64,000 nucleotides of DNA from Tubiluchus corallicola (taxonomy: Eukaryota; Animalia; Priapulida). The stretch covers positions 124,001 to 188,000 of the forward strand of contig JAQGDQ010000262.1 of assembly GCA_030141605.1 (NCBI GenBank), read 5' to 3'. Each line of letters starts with the position of its first letter. The first letter of the stretch is position 1. Shown piece by piece: positions 25,417-64,000 of this stretch. The position numbers were made by a program, and so were the translations under genes. The notes below the pieces were generated by a model. That model was not told the origin of the DNA. It saw nothing but the letters and a program-made list of their open reading frames with translations, and did no database searches.

Positions 25417-26873
25417 GGCTAGGGATTTAGTTCTTTCCAGTTATCCCAGAATGTGTTATGATAAGATGAATCGTCAATATCTATGATTGGTGTCTCTCCT
25501 GGCTTCTAGTATTATTACTTTCCTGAAACACATTTGCAGAACATTAGTTCAAAATTTTTCCAAGATCATTACGGCAAGTTTACTCAAAAAGCAACATAAC
25601 TCACAATAAGAATTAGTTCGTTCATAACACAAAGATTGCGCTACAGTATTGTTCTTTCACTGGGTTTTCAAATTATGTGCAGCACAATGTAGTTAGACGA
25701 CAAAAATGTTTTTACAAGCAATTTACAATCTTAATTATTTAATGCAAAGATGTAAAACTAGAACCGGGTAAAGAAATAAAAGGCAGACGCCCCAGGTTAG
25801 CAGTTGGGACGTATGATCACGACCCCTCGGGCGAACCAGACTATTGATGACATCACAAACTAACATAATTTTTAACAACAAAAACATTCCATTAGCGTGT
25901 TGCACATATTTGCGAAAGAGAAAGTTGAAGTACAGTACTACTGTAAGATATTCAGTGTGTTGTATTAAAACTAGCCATGTTTTAAGCTAAAAATTCAAAT
26001 TTCAAATTCACCGCTGTGCTCATGCATAAGCTATCAAACGTGTGCGGTTCGTCACAAACTAACACATCTGAACTCAGAGGTACAGCACCTATTTTTGTGC
26101 AATGCATTTCCGAAATGCAGGCGCTAGTATCCGTCTAACTAGCGAATGGCAAAATGCATGTAACAGTGAAGAACTAGTGGCGCGCACGCGAAATTGTGTT
26201 TGTGTGGTAATAATTCTTTTTTTGTAAGGCATTCTTGAAAAAATAGTATATTTTCTTTCAAAATTTCAAAGAATAGGTTATTTTGACCTGCAGTTTAACA
26301 TTGGGTCCGGTTTTACTTTAAATGAACAGTAATTTTATACTGTGGACGTGATAAAGAACAATAACACTAGTCCCTTACTCAGAAACTCAACGGTCCCTTA
26401 TGCTAAGGGCCTCTCGTCTCTGGTTCCTAAACTGCAACAGTTTGTTCGTAATGCTCGTTGTTCTGTTGTTTCCCTTACAAACTTACTGTGGACGTTACAA
26501 GATACAAACAGCTGCTTGATAATTTTTTGGCAACCACTTCGTTCCCAAATGTTCGGACTTCTAATCTGTGGAATTCTACGTCAGAAAATAGTTTCCCCAA
26601 ATATTAACCAAGATTCAGGATAAACGGCAATAGATACTTTCCATCACTAGCAAAATAGTTATATTAATTCTATGTCATTTTGGACACGTGCATTATTCAT
26701 ATTTTTACCTTCTGTCTGAAGCCATTGCTTTGAGGTAGCCATACCCGTGCTAAGGCAATTAGTATAAAACTTAAAAAAAGTTTTAATTAACTACGTCGTC
26801 TAGTCTCATGTTTCCTTTCAGTCTTCAAAGCTGTCATTGTGCTTGAATATTACGCAGCATGCATTACACGAAT
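24843..26873. repeat. Segmental duplicate of ~8400-10294 (DD gene, upstream region and dispersed repeat)
   Basis: Colinear match ending at gcattacacgaat. Confidence 0.9.
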
Positions 26874-27077
26874 ACATCATACACGGTAATCTAGTCAACA
26901 GTTCAGTGATGATTTGCATTTTGAGACGATCTGCTTGGCGCTTTCATGCACATATTAATTTTACAGGCAAGATTTTACTCAGCGCCATGCTAATCTCGTT
27001 ATTTACGATCTCATGGCATTTAAAAGTGAGAGGAATTAACTTCAATTAACTCGAATTAGTGAAATGAGGCTGGGGAA

Positions 27078-27276
27078 AACTAGGCTGACAGACTGTAATA
27101 GTTAAGAGCTTCCACTGGAGAATTGTAGAGGTTTTATGATTTGAGTTAGAAAAGTTGAAGAACTGTATTGTTCATAACTAGGCTGACAGACTGTAATAGT
27201 TAAGAGCTTCCACTGGAGAATTGTAGAGGTTTTATGATTTGAGTTAGAAAAGTTGAAGAACTGTATTGTTCATAAC
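27078..27276. repeat. Two-copy tandem duplication, ~98-bp unit
   Basis: aactaggctgacagactg... repeated head to tail. Confidence 0.9.
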
Positions 27277-29494
27277 AAGACAGAAAGCCACCACAAAAGA
27301 TAGTATCAATAAACATGACCCTGTAAAAACAGGCAACAGACAAATGCAAAATAAACAGATTTCTATCAAGAGGTTCTAAACCAGGCAGTCAAAATAGTTT
27401 TGCACGAAACACAGTACCAGATAGAAAAAACTGTAAAAGCTTTAACGATTGTGGTTAGAAGTAGTACCACGTTAACGGTGTTATGAGAACAATGTATAAA
27501 TTCAGAGAAATTCTGTCTCTAGGGCATCTGTCTCCAGTCATATTATGCGGTACAGTAGTTGTAACTAACAGCGGTGGTCATACTCAATGAAAGCGTTCTT
27601 ATAATTGTAGCCTTAAGTACCAAGTCTTAAGTACAGAAGTTCTGTATATAATTTCTGCATACGTGGATATGGTTTCTTTCTAGTCTATGATAAATCCCGT
27701 TTACATTATGAAATGATTTTACGGACGAGGAAAGTCAAACCTTATCCAGTAGGCCTATTTTCCACTGAGTGATGCCACATATTCCATATTCTGTAATGTA
27801 AACCGGTCATGTATCTGTACTGGATTCGTCTGCCCGGTTGGAAACTATTAGGTCTAATAACAAATGAAAATGCTCTAGACTAACGCCAAATTAACAATCG
27901 AAAGTGAGACGGTATCGATTATAGTGTATTATACTGCAATTTTTATAAAGAAGTCCCTAGAGATAATTTAACGCAGCTAGGCCTTGCATTTACCGACCTG
28001 CTTGCCACAAACGCTTAGATAAGAAGGCATGAATTTAGTGCTCTGACTCTTCCCGTTTTCCAATTTTGATTAGTTTAGCTTTAGTCAGTATGTTTCCCTT
28101 ACTTGAGACATTTACGTCACCTCGACTTGTTTCCGTCGGCCCCAAATCCAGGGTTGGGCTATCATTGCTACTTCACAGTGTGTAAATGACTAAATGGCTA
28201 GTTTATGAGGGCAGGAAAAAAATGTTTCATTTTTGAAAGTGATTCCCTAAAACAGCAACCGTCGCTATTAATCCAGATTCCCGCGTTCAGTGACTATTAT
28301 ATTTTATTTTGGGTGCTTGAAATTGGCTCCATGTGGTACCCGTCCTGCTGAATGCATTTCCTGCTAATATAAGTACAACGAACTTTTTTCTGTGAAGCCA
28401 AGCACTCGAAAAACCTGCAAATGTTACCTTGTTCCTTTCCTTCGCTTCACTGAAGCTACAGATGAAGCCAGTGGTTACGCTTGAATACACTCTCACAGAT
28501 TCTCAGCTGTCAACATTCTACTCAAGCTAACTAGCTCTTGTGTGGCAGATCTCTATTGACTCACGAATCATCTTGTCCGTCATCAATGGTCCTTGACATG
28601 CGCTGACCCAGAAATGGCAGTCAAGGGACTGGTGTTTATTATCATGTATATAGACCAGTAGCTGGTCAGCATCTCTTCTAACTGCCATCTAGTTGTAAAC
28701 TAAATAGTCAGCAAATTAAAGCAAGATTATCTAGCATTTTCTCCAGCTATGATAAACAAAACATTGCATGTGACAAAAGGCGTGAAAAGAGCCAATGACA
28801 ATTTTTCCATGCAGTAACTAACGACATAATAATGAGGATTTTTGTAAACGATTTTTACAACAAGACATCTAATTGGTGAACGTCGTGTTGTTGTTTTACG
28901 GTTATCGTGGATTCGTTATTATAATGAACCACCAAATACGGCATTTAAACATTTATAATAATCAAACACTTCTAATAAACATATAATTAAACAACTTGAT
29001 GACCCCAGCTCTAGTTAGCCTGTTGGATCCAAGCTATAGATAGCCTGATTCCTATTGTGTGTTCCTCCGCTATAATATTTTTGTAGTTGTCGTGGAAATA
29101 ACTTCCACGAGTGAAAATTACCCTAAAAAAATTTGGGTTTCCGCCATTGGATGGCGGGGGTAAGGGAGCAGACGATCGTTTTTAGCTTTGTTCTGGGTTT
29201 TCTTAATAAAAATAAAAATAATAAAATGTCATACTACAGCTTATTGTAACTGTAGTTTACTAAGAAAATTACGCTACAATAGTTCTTAAAATGTTTGTCA
29301 TAGATGTACTAGTTGCGACACAACAGTGATATTCAGATTTTCTGCATGCTCACTAATTAACTGAAATATTTTGCTGAAATGCATGGCACCGCAAACATGG
29401 TACCATGAAGTAGTAATGGCTGATAGCTGCTGTCTGCCAAGCTTCAATTACCAATAAGTAAGTCAACAGTTCTACTTTCCACATAGAAGCCGTC

Positions 29495-62600
<33,106 letters not shown>

Positions 62601-62698
62601 GTAAAGTTAATAGACTTGCTAAGATATGCATGTTGAACTAAACATAATGTGTAGCAGTAGAGTAATATATCAAAATTACTAAATAAAATCAAACATAT

Positions 62699-63089
62699 CT
62701 TCTTCTTCTTCTTCCCAGGTTTTCCCTATGCGGGGTCACCGTTGTGAATGAGTCTTCTCCACGCATTCCTGCCATTGACCATCTCTTCATTTATGCCTTC
62801 CCTTCCCATACGATCTTCACCGACTCCTCCCTCCAGGCGTCCACACCATCGCAATCCCACGAGGCCTCCACCATCTTCACCGCTCCGGAAGCTGCTTCCA
62901 GCCCATAGATTGGAGCGGGTCTGACCACTGCTTTGTGGACTTTACCTTCAAGTCTCACCGACTCATTCATAGAAGGTTTTGGCGCAGTTTTTACAGGCGG
63001 ATGCCCTGCTTGACCCTAACCCTCCCTATTTATCCGGGCTTGGGACCGGCACTGAGTTGGGCTGGCTTGCCCCCCCCCAGTGGCTAGGT
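62699..63089 (-). mobile_element. Second bipartite RTE-derived short element
   Basis: Same head and tail as 59769-60269; TSD taaa(t/c)aaaatcaaacatat. Confidence 0.88.
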
Positions 63090-63439
63090 TAAACAAAATC
63101 AAACATATGACTGAGAAATTTAGCAAAAAAATCACCGTTTTGAGTTTTGACACGATTTATTTCACAGCTGACATTTCAACGTAAAAGCAAGTTGTCATAA
63201 TAATAGTAATTATGGGGGTACTTACAAGAACTGAAATCAATCAATTTTATTATTCAGTTCTGTAATGAATATGTTTTCACTTTTGCAGATGCTCTTATAA
63301 TTATTATAACATCTTGCTTTGATGTTGGAACGCCAGTTGTGAATTACAAATAACTCATGGCACTATTCAAATGGGTGCTGGTGATTTCTTTTTTTTTTGC
63401 TAAATAAAACTGTTCTTTTTATTCACTTGATTTTATTGC

Positions 63440-63790
63440 ATGACATGGCATATTTTGGGTATTAGATGGCCAAAGAAAATTTCAAACAAAGATCTATATG
63501 AAAAAATAAAAGAAGAACCTTGGACAAGAAAGATAAAAAGACGCCGTTTAAGATGGTTTGGGCATATGCTTAGACTGCCTGATGATATTCCAGTGAAGAT
63601 AGCTCTTCAACAAGCCATAGAACCAGCTAAAAAACCTGCAGGAGAACAAATGTTAACATATTTAGTTTTTGCACAGAAAGATTTAAACACTTCAGCATTG
63701 ATCCTTAGAAATAAATCCACTTGGGGCATTGCAGCGTGTAGGGAGTCCTGGCATAGGGAGGTGAGCAGAATCATGTCACTGGACGTGTGA
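63440..63790 (+). mobile_element. 5'-truncated RTE-group LINE, C-terminal ORF fragment
   Basis: ILGIRWPKKISNKDLY...IKRRRLRWFGHMLRL. Confidence 0.85.
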
Positions 63791-64000
63791 TTCATTGGAT
63801 GATGGCAGAGAGCAAAAACAGGAAAACGAAGAACAGATTAGGATAGGCAGAGCAGATTAAGGTAGTGTAAAATGGGGCACTATAGAATGTGCTGAATAGC
63901 ACAACATAGCAGGACAAGAAGTATAAAACAAAGCAAGATGTGTAGACTAGAACATAACACAAGATGCGTACAATAGGATAGGACAGGACCAGGAGGCACA

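Overview
AT-rich, repeat-rich genomic DNA from an invertebrate animal (spliceosomal introns, LINEs, SINEs, MITEs); no prokaryotic features, CRISPR arrays or rRNA/tRNA genes were seen. The first ~27 kb is a segmentally duplicated innate-immunity locus. It holds one full-length IRAK1/Pelle-type gene with an intronless CDS (1927-3780, minus). The protein has a death domain (DD), a linker with TRAF6-binding PxExx motifs, and a kinase fold that has lost catalytic residues (HGD->HGN, alphaC Glu->Ala), so it is a probable pseudokinase. Three truncated, kinase-less paralogs follow: two intact DD-only ORFs and one frameshifted DD+TRAF6-motif copy. They are interleaved with Gypsy, CR1/L2-type LINE, solo-LTR and MITE remnants. 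From ~29.5 kb to at least 62.6 kb lies a multi-exon Neto (neuropilin and tolloid-like: signal peptide, CUB-CUB-LDLa-TM) gene on the plus strand. Its introns contain minisatellites, a 1.3-kb (TATGGG/TAAGGG)n tract, hAT/Tigger MITEs, RTE-derived short elements and a 200-bp apparently identical copy of the IRAK DD in antisense to Neto. All alignments and counts were done by eye.
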